From Mytilus trossulus (Eukaryota), in the NCBI RefSeq assembly GCF_036588685.1, contig NC_086382.1, positions 60,388,001-60,452,000 of the forward strand: 64,000 bases of DNA, written 5' to 3'. Numbering within the stretch: position 1 is the stretch's first letter; every line of letters starts with the position of its first letter. A model generated the notes under the pieces. That model was not told the DNA's origin. It ran no database searches and was given only the letters and a program-made list of their open reading frames with translations. Below are positions 38,620-52,535 of this stretch, piece by piece. The translations under genes were made by a program, and so were the position numbers.

Positions 38620-39427
38620 GGTATCAGGTCCGTTCGCGCCCAATATACTTTCGCACCCTACACGTTCGCACCTCGCACGTTCGCACCCAAGGTTCGTTCG
38701 CACTCTACATGTTCGCGTCCAGTTTTAATTCAAATTCCAGTTGAATAATTGGAAAATTATGATTGTTGTTCTTAATTGCTTTGGTGTAAATACTAAATGT
38801 ATTTATAGCTTGGTATGAGTAAAAGATTGAAGATTTTAAATGAAAAACACAAAAGATAATTATTTTTAACAGCTTGGTCCCTTTGATCTGAAACAATGAA
38901 ACAATAAAATATAGCAATACACTATAATAACCAAAACATGATCAAACATGATAAAATTTATTCATCACACAAAAAAACCGTAGTCAGAATCTCACTCCAT
39001 TTTGAAACAAGTCAATGAAACAAAGTTATATATATATATACTGAGCAATACACTAACCAAAACATGATTAAGAGTTATTCGACACAAAATAAATTTTAAA
39101 ACGTTGACAGAATTCCATTTTATTTAGAAAGTAATATATATTTTTTTAACTATACACTATCCAAAACATATAATTAAGATTTATTCAACTCAATATAAAA
39201 TGCTGTCTCACTTTTTTTGGAAACAACGAAAACAATTATGCTTATAAGAATACTACTTGCCACAACTAGATTACAAAGTTATTAAACCCAGAACCATTCC
39301 AATTAAAATTGGGCGCGAACGTGTAGGATGCGAACGGACTTTGGGTGCGAACATGTAGGGTGCAAAAGTGAAAGGGGGCGAACACGAGTGGGTGCGAACA
39401 TGAATGGGCGCGAACGGACCCGGATTT
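38620..39427. mobile_element. Mutator-like MITE with 9-bp TSD
   Basis: TSD GAATTTGTG at 38611-38619 and 39428-39436. GTTCGCAC / GTGCGAAC subterminal arrays. Termini GGTATC...GGATTT. Confidence 0.85.
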
Positions 39428-41185
39428 GAATTTGTGTTCTACCCAATAAATGCTGAAATAGGTGCCATTGTTATTATCTTGCTGGATATTATGTTATTTA
39501 TAACTTATAGCATAGGATCAGATTCCCCTATGTTACACGTCATCTAATGAGATGCAGATTTTATAGCTATTCTTATCTCTGAAAACCCGGATGTTGCGGA
39601 CAAACACTCAGCATGATTGTATTACTTTAACTTATAACATGTACAGCAGTAATGCATATCAACCTTGTAAAATTGGAAAGTAAACATTTACATTGTGTTT
39701 AACTATATTAATATATTATAATAAAAAATAAATTAACAAAAAATCTAACAAAATGTACAGTTGAATAGATTTTCAGTGTTTTATATTAATTAAATGTACT
39801 TATATTGTCAATCTTTTCTTTATTCTAATTTTCCTCTTAAGAGAACAGATTTTAATTTATTTTTCATTGTTGTATTTTTACCTGCTGGAAATGTAAACAA
39901 TTATACAGTCCATACTATTATAATGAATAAGTTTCACAATAATCATAATAAAAAGTATTCTCTGATTATTATAATAATCACTGGCAGATTCAATTTTAAA
40001 GTAAATCATGTGACTCAATAGAACATACTTTTTGCATTCTATTTTTGTGTAAATTTTGGCATGGAAAGACAAATTTAACTAAAAATGAATAATTCTAATC
40101 TGAAACACAATATATGAATTAATATTCCAAATATATGATTTTGGTCTTGGTTAAGATGGTCTTTGAAATATATGTATATATATATATGTATTTGGTGGAA
40201 TAAATTCCCTGCATTTGATTTTCTCGCAGAGTCAAACATTAAAGTTGTCAAAGCCTACTTGAATTCGAATATAATAAAGTCTATATCATATACTTGAAAT
40301 ATTTGTCAACAATTTTTGCACTTTGGTATGTTGAAAATTTTTTCCAGCGCTATTAGGTGCTGTTGAAGCCATTTTGATATGATATTGCGAATTTTACATG
40401 TTTTTGTAAAACATTTCATCAATCATGCTAATAGATATCTCAAACCAAAATCAAAATTAATTTCGATCTAGAATTTTTTTTTTAAACTTAAACTTCCAAC
40501 ACATTGTGGTTTCGGTTGAAAAGGTCCTTCTCATTCATTTTTGGGATGAATACTCAAAATTTGATAAAATATTTCAAAATTGCGGTTTTCTGTTGTCGTA
40601 AGTCTATTATTTATTTTTATTGAAAATGTCATTGTATTGTAAGAATCCTAAAGTACACATAAACATGTTAAATGGAGCTGTAAAACTTTGAATTTGAGTA
40701 TAAAGAATAAAAAACTATTTGAGAAGGACTATTGTGTGAAATAGATTCAGAGTAAATTAATTATGCGTACTTTCTTATTGATAAAATTGATAAAATTGTA
40801 TATACATATATATATATGTCATTTTCTATAAAATGCGGTCCTTTTTGGGCTCTAAAACTATAAATATTCATCTATAATATTCTTCCATGGTAAGTTAAAA
40901 TAGACTCTTATAGAAAAAATTTAAGAGAGTTTGTAGAAAATTTTGTTGCAAAGGGTACTTTTTTTCTTCTTTTTATATATATAGGGAATTATGTAAGAGG
41001 GTTTTGTGTGGGTTTCTTCTCAAAGAGCACTTTCCATTACTATTTTAAACTAATATTTCAACCAAAAAAGAATACTCTTCGATACTTATTTTTTCTATAT
41101 CATAAGTGTATATATTTGTTATAAACATTCAAAAATGTTACTAGTTATAAAAGAATGTGAAATGAGTCTTTACTAAATCATATTT

Positions 41186-41581
41186 AATAGACAACTTTCG
41201 AGTTCATCCGTCACCGGAAAAAACTCGTCAATTATACGCGCCTTTATCGCAGTCATCTGTGCGTTTAGGGGCGTCGTCACTTCCTTACAAGGTTGAGCGA
41301 GTGGTTGGAAAATTATAATTCTATATTGTACGAATTATTCGGCAAATTGAATTCTAAAAATAGACAATCAACACTGCTGTCATTAGGGAATTGTCAGTAA
41401 GTACCTACAGAGCAACCATTATTTCTAGTTTATCCTGCACAAAAACGATCACTAAGACGCTTGATGAACGTAAATAGTGCAGGGATACAGGCGAGCCCCT
41501 CTATCTGGTAAATGACGTCATAAAGGCGTGCATAATTGACGAGTTTTTGCCGGTGACGGATGAACTCGAAAGTGGTCTATT
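41186..41581. mobile_element. MITE with long (about 60 bp) terminal inverted repeats
   Basis: AATAGACAACTTTCGAGTTCATCCGTCACCGG... / ...CCGGTGACGGATGAACTCGAAAGTGGTCTATT. Confidence 0.85.
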
Positions 41582-44500
41582 GAAATTATAAAAGATCAAA
41601 AAGTTACTATTTCATATTTCCTATAGTAATTGTTTGTTAAAACAGTAACACTACTGGTATGGGATAAGTTTGTCCGCAAGTGAGACTGATTAATCAGTGA
41701 GTAGATAAGGTTAACTATAAATAGAACAATCAGATAATCTGAACCTATGCTATTGGACAGTTTGTTCATACTTTTCATTCTGGATTACAAAAAATATGAC
41801 CAGAAAACTTAAATGATTGTCGATTTTCCCAAAAGATTTGAAGTTGCACATTAGGAATCCTAATGTATTGTATTATCCCCTGAACTTTTGGCTAAGATGT
41901 CAAAGAACAAATGTATGAAATATTTAATCGCCGAAAATCTCTAAAGACGAGTAGTTTAGATTTCCCAAATTGCAAAAGTCGTAGGAATATTGTTTGTCGT
42001 CAATACGTAGTCAACTACGGCAGTAGGTTATTAAAATAATTTCAACTGATCACGCTGTTGGCGGCAATTTCGAATTAGGAGACAAAATTTTCGTATCTTT
42101 TCAATTTGGACGCAGGGGTTAAAATCAGCGGTGGTACGAGGTCTGCGACCTTCCACTTTTGCAGTCGGACTTTCTACTCGGTTACTAGCTACGCCCGACA
42201 TGCCCGATGGACCTTGAAAGAAAATTCAAAAAAATAACTTTCCTAACATTTTTACCAAAGTTTCCTAATAAACGATCTAAACTTATTTTCATCATTACTA
42301 TTCATGACAGCGATGTTCAATTTGATCAACCGCTATAAATACTTATACAGAAAATCGCCGACAAACAATGTGTAAATTCGAGTAAAATCGTATCTCACAA
42401 TCTGTCAAACGACATTGAAAAAATGGCTGCCGCGAGAAACTATTACAATATCGGATCCGATTCCGGAAGCGGATAAGGATAATCCCGGGTTTTGGCTGTC
42501 ATGTAAAAAAAATCCAGACAGGTGACAAAATACATCTATGCATGGTAAATAAATATAAACACTAGACTTGAAAACCAAAAGATATATGTAAAAGAAAGAA
42601 AAAGCAGAACATATTTTGTACACAAATTTTAATGTCAAAATCCAATACAATGTGACAGCTGGGAACAGTTTATATAACAATATATATGTTCCTGGTAACA
42701 GTATAAATTTTCTTTATCAGTGGTAAATTTTGGTAATCCATGTTAGATGCTTTTAAAGTTAAACATATTACTGCAATTTCAAGGGTAATTGTTTTCTTCT
42801 CAATTTTGATGGGTCAGTTAAAATAGCTGGAAGTTTCTTATATAAAAAAAAGATGTGGTAATGTAAAACAATGTAAAACGAGAAAACTAATAGCCTTATT
42901 TATACAAAATAAATAACTAAAAACAAATATGTAACACATAAACAAACGACAACCAATGAATTACAGACTCCTGACTTAGGACAGGCACACATAGTGCAAC
43001 TATATATATGATACCTGAATGTAAGCAAATCTTATGATCTATAGGTGGAGTCCATTGGGCCACTCTACCTCTTTCTGTTTGATAAGTTTGAAACGGATGA
43101 GATCCCCACCCCTCGACCATATACATTTATGTATGAGACTAAATAACTAATCAAATGAAATATCGGGGAAGTCCCTAGGGTCACCCCACCCACTATAACT
43201 TTAGTTTAAGTGAATAAAAATGTATGAAATTTTGACACAAGGTTTATGACCACAAAAGAAAGGTTTGGATTGATTTTGGGAGTTTTGGTTACAACAGTTT
43301 AGGAATAAGAGGCACAAAGAGTCTTTAATCAAACTTTGTTTGATTTCATAAAAAAATGAATAATTGGGGTTCTTTGATATACCGAATCTAACTGTGTATG
43401 TAGATTTTAATTTTTGGTCCCATTTTCAAATTGGTCTACATTAAAGTCCAAAGGGACCATAATTACACTAAGTTTGATTTTAACAAAAATTGAATTCTTG
43501 GACTTCCATGATATGCTTAATCTAAACATGTACTTAGATTTTTGATTATGGGCCCAGTTTTCAAGTTGGTCCAAATCAGGATCCAAAATAATTATATTAA
43601 GAAATTTTCAATTGCATAGTATTCAGCAATAACAAGAAATCTTCAATTGCACAGTAAATCATCATCAAATAGCCTTTTAATACCATGATTGACATGAACA
43701 TTGTTTGGACTGGTATTATTAACATAATTGTATAAATTTCGAAATTTCATTCCGGTTACGTAAGTGTTTCTCTGTTTGGGATGTCCTCTGGTGGCTTAGA
43801 TGTAGGTTGTACATTGTTGTGCTGCGGTTTGCATGTTGTGTTGACAATTATACTGTTTGTGTGTGCGTTTCCCTGTGATGGGTGTTCTTGTTTGTGTTTT
43901 AGTTGTCTGGTAGAGTTGGCAATTTCTTTTTTTTTGGCAGTATCGTACGGGCATGAGATCATTCTGGATATTATCCGTGTTCGGCCTGCCATTTGATTAG
44001 AATGCCATGTGAGTGTAGATGTTATTATGAAGTGGTTTGCATTTGTTGCACTACAGTGTTCCGGTTGTTCCTCTTGTGGTTGTTGTGTTTCCCTCGGTTT
44101 TGGGTTGTGGCCCTGATTTGGAATTTTTTTCAATTGATTTATGACTTTTGAATACCTGTATACTACTGTTGCCTCTATTTACATGATACATTGAAAAACA
44201 TTAATAGCAATGATGTTTTGAACTACCAATGGGTTTACTATCCCGAAATTAGCTATGATTTTACTTCAATGATCTATGGAAATAATGCATCATAGATACC
44301 AGGATTGAAATTTTATATTTCCACATGACGCGCGTTTACAAAAGACAATTGTTGTCTCTATTAAAACAAATCCTTCAGAAAAGTGTTTTTTTGTCTCAAA
44401 CATATCAAGACCTATACTCATGGCTAGCCTTTTCCTTCCACTCTCCTATACTCTCGGGATCACATCAACCATTAAATGTTTTATATTAACGAATTTCACC

Positions 44501-45499
44501 AATTCTTTAGTGTGGTTTGTTTTAAAGACCAAAACAAACAAACATATTAACCTTTAAAACTATCTATTAACGTACTCTTCAAACTCCTCATGATATATTT
44601 ATCTCCTTTTTTCAGCTAGAATACGGAAAATAAGTTTTGATTAAGCAAATCTACATAAGGCATGAAGTCACTTTAAGAATTTCGCACTTCGACTACAAGG
44701 CTAACTTGGATTTTGCCGTGTTGTATTTGATATCTTTCTTCTATATTTTAGTAGACCTACGTACAGTCGGCATAAAGAAGAAATTTCACTCAATACAGTC
44801 ATGACAGTCTTCGATACGGTTCGAATTGCAAATGTCTTCTTTCCTTAAAAGACAATTATTGTTATCCAAGAATAGATAAGAAGGTTTCATTACAACATCG
44901 AGTTAGATTTGTTAATTGCTTGATCATAAAACATAATTTTTTATGTAAAGTGCACTGTGCTTGTCTTTCGTGTTTCTAGATGTTTTGTCTCTTTCTTTTT
45001 TTAAAACATAATTAAGTGATAGGTGTTCGTTTCGGTTATGAACCCACACTACCGTTTTGGACATTTGCAATTCTTTTGGAATAAATTAAAAGTTGAAATA
45101 CAGGCAAACATCAGAATTACCAAAAAAATGTACCGAAGAGTGAACACTCACAAAAATACCAAACTCCAATGAAATTTTGAACGGAACGTCCCTAATCAAA
45201 TGTCCAAATCAAAAGTTCAATCACATCAAATGCATGGACAGCAATTCTCATTTTTTTTTTAACAGAAATTCGAATAATTTTGACAAAACTGTGAAATATT
45301 TATCAGTTACAGCTGAAACGATTCAGAACTGTACATGACATGTAGAAATTACTATAAATTATATCCCGGAAATCATATGTTTTAAACACTGTCTGTCAAT
45401 TGAATGTATTCGTCCTTCTGCGTTTTATTTAGGTTTAGGCACAGTTATTAAACTTTTGTTCGTTCAGCTGATAAGCTAAGTGTTTTCCTGTTTTTGGCG

Positions 45500-46060
45500 T
45501 ATTGAATTTTAAACCTGATGCTTTTTGTTATCTATTGATCATGCTTTTCTTTGTATAATATGTTCTCCTTTTTGTTTGTATTGTAGTCCTGTAATATTAT
45601 GTTGTCATTTCAATGTTATATTTAACTTTGCCATTAAAGTGCGAGGTTTAGCATGCTATAAAACCAGGTTCAACCCACCACTTTTATTCCCCTTTAAAAG
45701 TGTCCTGTACCAAGTCAGGAAGATGGCCATTGTTATAATATTGTTCGTTTCTGTGTGTGTTGCATTTTAACGTTGAGTCGTTTGTGTTTTCTCTTATTTT
45801 TGAGATATTGAGATAAGACGTGGCACGGTACTTGTCTATCCCAAATTCATGTATTTGGTTTTGATGTTATATTTGTTATTCTCGTGGTGTTTTGTCTGTT
45901 GCTTGGTACGTTTCTGTGTGTGTTGCGTTTCGGTGTTGTGTCGTTGTTCTCCTTTTATATTTAATGGGTTTCCCACGGTTTTAGTTTGTTACCCCGATTT
46001 TGTTTTTTGTCCATGGATTTATGAGTTTTGAACAGCGGTATACTACTGTTGCCTTTATTT
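45500..46060 (+). repeat. Dispersed repeat ending TATACTACTGTTGCCTTTATTT; inverted near-identical copy at 50372-50575, others at about 44000-44180 and 53180-53582
   Basis: Direct sequence similarity. Confidence 0.7.
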
Positions 46061-46533
46061 GTAAGTCAGTACAATGATACATTGATTAGATGTGGAAACA
46101 CCATGTTTTAGTCTGATTTTTAAGGTACAATTTGACTTAATTCAAGGCATTAATCTTACTCCGAGCCAACTAGGAAAACTGAAACAAATTATCATGCAAG
46201 CAATTCTTATTATTTATGAGCAATATGAAAAAAAATTAATAACACATCTCAATATACATTATATGAACACATATAGGTGAAAGCATACCATCATTTACAT
46301 ATAGATACATCATGCGGCCATTCCTGTTAAATATAGCAAAACCATTCAGGAAGAACCAGATTTGGTTATTCAAAAACGTTCTACTGAAGATCCTGTTCAC
46401 ATTTGTTTGTTTCCTTTAAGTCCATTGCAACATATTTGTATCACACAAACTTACGAATTAGTTCATGATGACGGTTTTAAAACCAGGAGTGAATTGGTTA
46501 AAGACGATGATTCTGAAGTATATTTATATATGA

Positions 46534-49500
46534 CTACGAATTAACCCGAAATGACTTTTCCTTTATGCGCTCATACGGTCCATTTTTTTCTCCTCTGCAG
46601 ATTGTGAAGCGACACAAACTACTGAAGATTGACAAAATTAACGATATTATCTCACAGTCAAACGCCACATAGTATGCTGACGAATCTGATTGTATTCCAT
46701 ATACAATAAGAACTGTTAAAAGCAACAGAACTGAAATGAAAAAAAGAAAGCATACGTGATTGTGATGTTTTAGATGTCCTGTGACTCGCAGTACATTGTA
46801 TAGAAGTAAGGTATAATAATTTTAAAAACTTGAAAAAAAAGATATCCAAGTCAAATGAAAATTGATTGAATGATTCAATATAACAAACATATAGATATAG
46901 GAAGATGTGGTGTGAGTGCCAATGAGACAACTCTCCATCCAAATAACAATTTAAAAATTAAACCATTATAGGTTAAAGTACGGCCTTCAACACGGAGCAT
47001 TGGCTCACACCGAACAACAAGCTATAAAGGGCCCCAAAATTACTAGTGTAAAACCATTCAAACGGGAAAACCAACGGTCTAATCTATATAAACAAAATAC
47101 ATTTTTGAAAAATGGCCTGATAGAAATCAATTAAGATATTGTATTTCAACTTTAAGAATGGCTAAACATTTAATTTTCAAATTAATAGATTCAAAATTAA
47201 AAATTTTGAAATATTTTTCTCTTTTATACCGTCCTATTGATATACATGTATATTGTAATTGTACAGTAAACACACAATAATCCTTCATATAGAAGAGAGT
47301 ACACTGATCAATGTCTATGTTTTCCGATACCCAGCAAGTGTTCTAAATGGCTGAGTAAGCATGAGCGAACTAATGATAAGGGCTACACAAAGGTTCAATA
47401 TACAATATAGTTCTAATATGGTTTAAAAATAACCACTAGATAGTGTATCTTTTTATTGTTATATTGGCATATGTAACACTCATTAAATCATTATTTGCAA
47501 ATGAATGTATACATATCATATCTTGTACAGTTAAGATAACAAGTAGGTTACTCGCCTGATGTTTTATAATGGATGTGAATCATTCTTGTTCTTGTGTAAG
47601 AATTGTATTTCGGCCATTCACCATTTGTTATAATAAATGTCAACAGTTAAGAGTATACACATGTATAAAATCAAACATGATGTTATAAACCTTAAATCAA
47701 ACGTCATTTTGGTCAGACATAATAATAAACAAAATGGTATTACCATGATGCATGGATCCTATTTTGTCAGGTAATGTGATACACGAGCTACATATTCCCC
47801 TCCCTGAAAACGACAATTTTACGCTTGACGAAAGCAAGCTTGATAAGTATAGCTGATCGGGGTTTTTACACATTGATAACGTAAGATATCAGCTGATAGC
47901 CACAATGTGAACCTTTTTGGCGATTGAGCGCAGCGAACGAGCAAACTGAAAGCTTTACATGGTGTAGAGCGGCTAGTTTTTACAATATCTATAGAAGAAA
48001 ACACGATTATCTGTTTATTGTTCTATTACTGGTCTTTTCTCCCTCCATAAGACACTTTTACGCTCGACGAAAACAAGCTTGATAAAGTCTCCCCTTACAT
48101 TGTAGCGTCGCTGATAACTTCTCCCCAAACATTGTGACGTCGCTGATAATGCCTGGTCTCGTTTTGAAGTCTTGATGTCTTGATACGAGAATTACTGAGT
48201 GACAGAGCAGGGTGATATAGGCGTAGGGACAGACGATAACTCCTGTTCTCGAATAAAAGATTAGAAACGAAACATATGGTATGACTGAGCAGGGTGATAT
48301 AGGCGTAGGGAAGGACGATAAAGCTTTCTATATCTTGACCAAAAAATCATTAATTGAGATTTGATAAAAATTTATCAATCCTTCAAAACTTCTTGATACC
48401 CCAGACAAGTAAACATAAGATTATAATGTTTTTCATGATAGATATGATTAAAAGTAGTGTTACTATTTTTATTGGTCTTAAAGAAACTAAACTAGAGGCT
48501 CTAAAGAGCCTGTGTCGCTCACCTTGGTCTATGTGCATATTAAACAAAGGACACAAATGGATTCATGACAAAATTGTATTTTGGTGATGGTGATGTGTTT
48601 GAAGTTCTTACTTTACTGAACGATTTTGCTTCTTACAATTATATCTATAATGAACTTTGCCCATTAGTAACAGAAGACTATATTTGGTAAAAATTTACAT
48701 AAATTTACCAAATTAATGAAAATTGTTAAAAATTGACTATAAAGGGCAATAACTCCTTAAGGGGTCAATTGACCATTTAGGTCATGTTGACTTATTTGTA
48801 GATCTTACTTTGCTGAACATTATTGCTGTTTACAGTTTATCGCTATCTATAATAGTATTCAAGATAACCAAAAACGGCAAAACTTCTTTAAAAATTACCA
48901 ATTGGAGGGCAGCAACCCAACAACCAGTTGTCCAATTCATCTGAAAAATTCAGGGCAGATAGATATTGACTTGATTAACAATTTAACTTCTTGTCAGATT
49001 TGCTCTAGATGCTTTGGTTTCATAGTTATAAGCCAAAAACTGCATTTTACCCCTATGTTCTATTTTTAGCCGTGGCGGCCATCTTGGTTGAATGGCCAGG
49101 TCATCGGACACATTTTTCAAACTAGATACCCCAAAGATGATTGTGGCCTAGTAGTTTCAGTGGAGATTTTGTAAAAGATTACTTAGATTTATGAAAAATG
49201 GTTAAAGATTGACTATAAAGGGCAATAACTCCTAAAGGGGTCAACTGACCATTTTGGTCATGTTGACTTATTTGTAGATCTTACTTTGCTGAACATTATT
49301 GCTGTTTACAATTTATCTCTATCTATAATAATATTCAAGATAATAACCAAAAACAGCAAAATTTCCTCAAAATTACCAATTCAGGGGCAGCAACCCAACA
49401 ACCGATTGACCGATTCATCTGAAAATTTCAGGGCAGATAGATCTTGACCTGATAAACATTTTTATCCCATGTCAGATTTCCTCAAAATGCTTTGGTTTTT

Positions 49501-51696
49501 GAGTTATAAGCCAAAAACTGCATTTTACCCCTATGTTCTATTTTTAGCGGTGGCGGCCATCTTGGTTGGTTGACCAGGTCACGCCACACATTTTTTAAAC
49601 TAGATACCCCAAAGATGATTGTGGCCAAGTTTGAATTAATTTGGCCCAGTAGTTTCAGAGGAGAAGATTTTTGTAAAAGATTACTTTAATTTACGAAAAA
49701 TGGTTAAAAATTGACTATAAATTGCAATAACTCCTAAACGGGTCAACTGACCATTTTGGTCATGTTGACTTATTTGTAGATCTTACTTTGCTGAACATTA
49801 TTGCTGTTTACAGTTTATCTCTATCTATAATAATATTCAAGATAATAACCAAAAACAGCAAAATTTCCTCAAAATTACCAATTCAGGGGCAGCAACCCAA
49901 CAACCGATTGACTGATTCATCTGAAAATTTCAGGGCAGATAGATCTTGACCTGATAAACATTTTTACCCCATGTCAGATTTGCTCTAAATGCTTTGGTTT
50001 CTGAGTTATAAGCCAAAAACTGCATTTTACCCCTATGTTCTATTTTTAGCCGTGGCGGCCATCTTGGTTGGTTGACCGGGTCACGCCACACATTTTTTAA
50101 ACTAGATACCCCAATGATGATTGTGGCCAAGTTTGGTTTGATTTGGCCCAGTAGTTTCAGAGGAGAAGATTTTTGTAAAAGTTAACGACGACGGACGACG
50201 ACGGACGACGACGGACGACGGACGACGACGACGACGACGGACGCCGGACGCAAAGTGATGGGAATAGCTCACTTGGCCCTTCGGGCCAGGTGAGCTAAAA
50301 ATAAATAACATAGTAATGTAATATTTTGGAGTTAAGTAAATACCGAATTGGTACAAAACAATCTCAATGTCAAATAAAGGCAACAGTAGTATACCGCTGT
50401 TCAAAACTCATAAATCCATGGACAAAAAACAAAATCGGGGCAACAAACCAAAACCGAGGGAAACGCATTAAATATAAGAGGAGAACAACGACACAACACC
50501 GAAATGCAACAGCACACAGAAACGGACCAAGCAACAGACAATACACCACGAGAATAACAAATATAACATCAAAAACGCAAAGGTCGAAGACAGTCACATG
50601 GATAATAAAAGACGTCGATACAACAAAACGACTGACAAAACATAAAGCATAAGTGCCCACAATGATGCAAGTGTTCGGTTGATATATGAATTATATCTCA
50701 CCTGCTGTTAAATTGCTTATGCTGGATCCAAATATGTGTCTCCTGCTACGTAAACCAGATGCTATGAGTATATCTGAGAAGAAGGTCATAGCAAGACCAC
50801 CCATTGCGAATGAAACCAAATACCTTTCAGGAATTATCCAGTCTTTGTTAGGCGCTTGAAGTAGCCAGTTTCTATCAGGTGCTGAAATTTTCATATTAAT
50901 ATTTGACATTAATTCAATACAAATATTTCACGTCAGAAGGTTTGGTTATTGTTTAATGTAATTTTATTCTATCGCACTTCAATTGTGTTGGTTTTTTACA
51001 TCCTTGGCTTTCAAATGTTCAGCTTTGGGCATTCCTGATGGTTGAACATCGAAAAATAGAGCTTCGGACGCATTACATATATAACGTGTTTTTTTTAAAT
51101 CACAACATGAAGATGATATACATATATATGTATTTGCCGTAGAAGTTCTTTAAAATTACATGTTTGCATTAAGTTTATATATATATATATATAAACCTAG
51201 TAGCATGGGTTCTTTCATCATTCCCTTAATAGAGTTTTTTTCTTCATTCTTTTTTCTCTGATAACTTAATCAAATATTTATAATTCTAAATAAATAGTTT
51301 TACTATTTTGAATAGGTGTATGACATGAAAAACACTTTTTTCAATTTTTACCATAATGACGAAAACGTTTTTTGTTATGATATAAAGCATAAATATTGAA
51401 TAACCTGCCAACCCTTAAATGAACTAACAAAAAACTTGTAATCCATAACGATACTTACTATTAATACACTCTTTAATATGCTTATGTTTGTGTTCTACTA
51501 TATGTATTTTATCATCATACTCTCTACATGCTTTAAATAATCCTTCATAAGCAAGAGCATCCACTGATATATTTGCAATTTTAACACTGACTCGCCGGTA
51601 TATCCAGTACGGTAGTCCCATAGCTAACCCATGTGTTAGAATTGCAGAAACTGTTAGAATAGCCGAGCAAATAAACAAATTACGATATAGTTCCAT
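46534..51696 (-). CDS. Claudin/PMP22-like four-TM protein, about 204 aa; exons 51696-51459, 50881-50702, 46730-46534
   Basis: TM1 then PYW...YEGLFKAC...EC (W-GLW-C-C signature variant), three further hydrophobic helices, two phase-1 GT-AG introns, 615 nt total. Confidence 0.8.
48490..50300 (+). mobile_element. Non-autonomous Helentron-like element (HINE) with about 3 tandem 480-500-bp units, in claudin-like intron 2
   Basis: Unit starts ATTGACTATAAA at about 48732, 49209 and 49710. GAC/GGAC microsatellite at 50186-50250. Terminal hairpin AGCTCACTTGGCCC-TTC-GGGCCAGGTGAGCT. Confidence 0.8.
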
Positions 51697-52009
51697 TTTG
51701 TTGTAAAACCGGTCAGACGATAGAGACTATACTGCATTATTTATATACTTAGATTACTTTACCTTAATCATTTTATGTCAATATTATTATTTACATATGA
51801 CTATTAATAACATGAGGAGCTGAGGACAAAGTCGATTGATACAAAAACTATATTTTGATTAAAATTGAAATGCTTAGTGGGCAGTCTTCAAATGAATCCT
51901 ACTTTCCGACATAAGAGAGTATGATGATAAACACAATGTATAATATTCTTTTCGAATGTTGACTACCCCTCCTCTATAAATCCATAGATAAAAATAGAAA
52001 TAAATTGTC

Positions 52010-52535
52010 AGAAACATATGATAACATATTATAGTATGTGTTTCTGATTGATTGGTAATGTTACAAAGACTTTTTGTCACATTTTATTTGGCCACGACAT
52101 GAAAAATTAGAACGATTCAAACGAGAAAACTAACGACCAGATTTATACTAAACCATTGACAAAACCTAATTCGACAGAGATGAACTAACGAAACTTATGG
52201 AAGATTGAAATAGACACATCAAGTTTGTAATCAGCCATTTTTCGGACAAATTAAAGGTATGCAAATAATTGGTTTGCTTTATTTATACTTTTACAAAGTG
52301 TTAGAGATATATGATTACATATAATATTATGTGGTTCTGATTGGACAAACGGCATTATTAAAAAGACTTTTTACGTCGCAGTTCATTTGGCCCCCATATG
52401 AAAAATGGGGAACAATCCATACGAGAAAACTCACGACCGGGTTTATAATTAAACCATTAACAAAGCCTAATTTCACAGAGATGAACTAACGGCTTCTATA
52501 GGCTTCTGACTTAAGATTGGAAAAGGCACATCAAT
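52010..52535. repeat. Diverged tandem duplication, period about 295 bp, upstream of the claudin-like gene
   Basis: ACGAGAAAACT[A/C]ACGACC and ACAGAGATGAACTAACG each occur twice about 295 bp apart. Confidence 0.6.

Noticed and set aside
38640-38720. Regularly spaced GTTCGCAC repeats resembling a CRISPR or iteron array
   Set aside because: They are subterminal repeats of a TSD-bounded MITE, in a eukaryotic context with no cas genes.
43756-44133. Q/P/T-rich 125-aa ORF and Cys-rich antisense ORF
   Set aside because: Compositional artefact of a TG-rich dispersed repeat.
50102-50660. Arg-rich and overlapping ORFs
   Set aside because: Translations of the (GAC)n microsatellite and a repeat copy.
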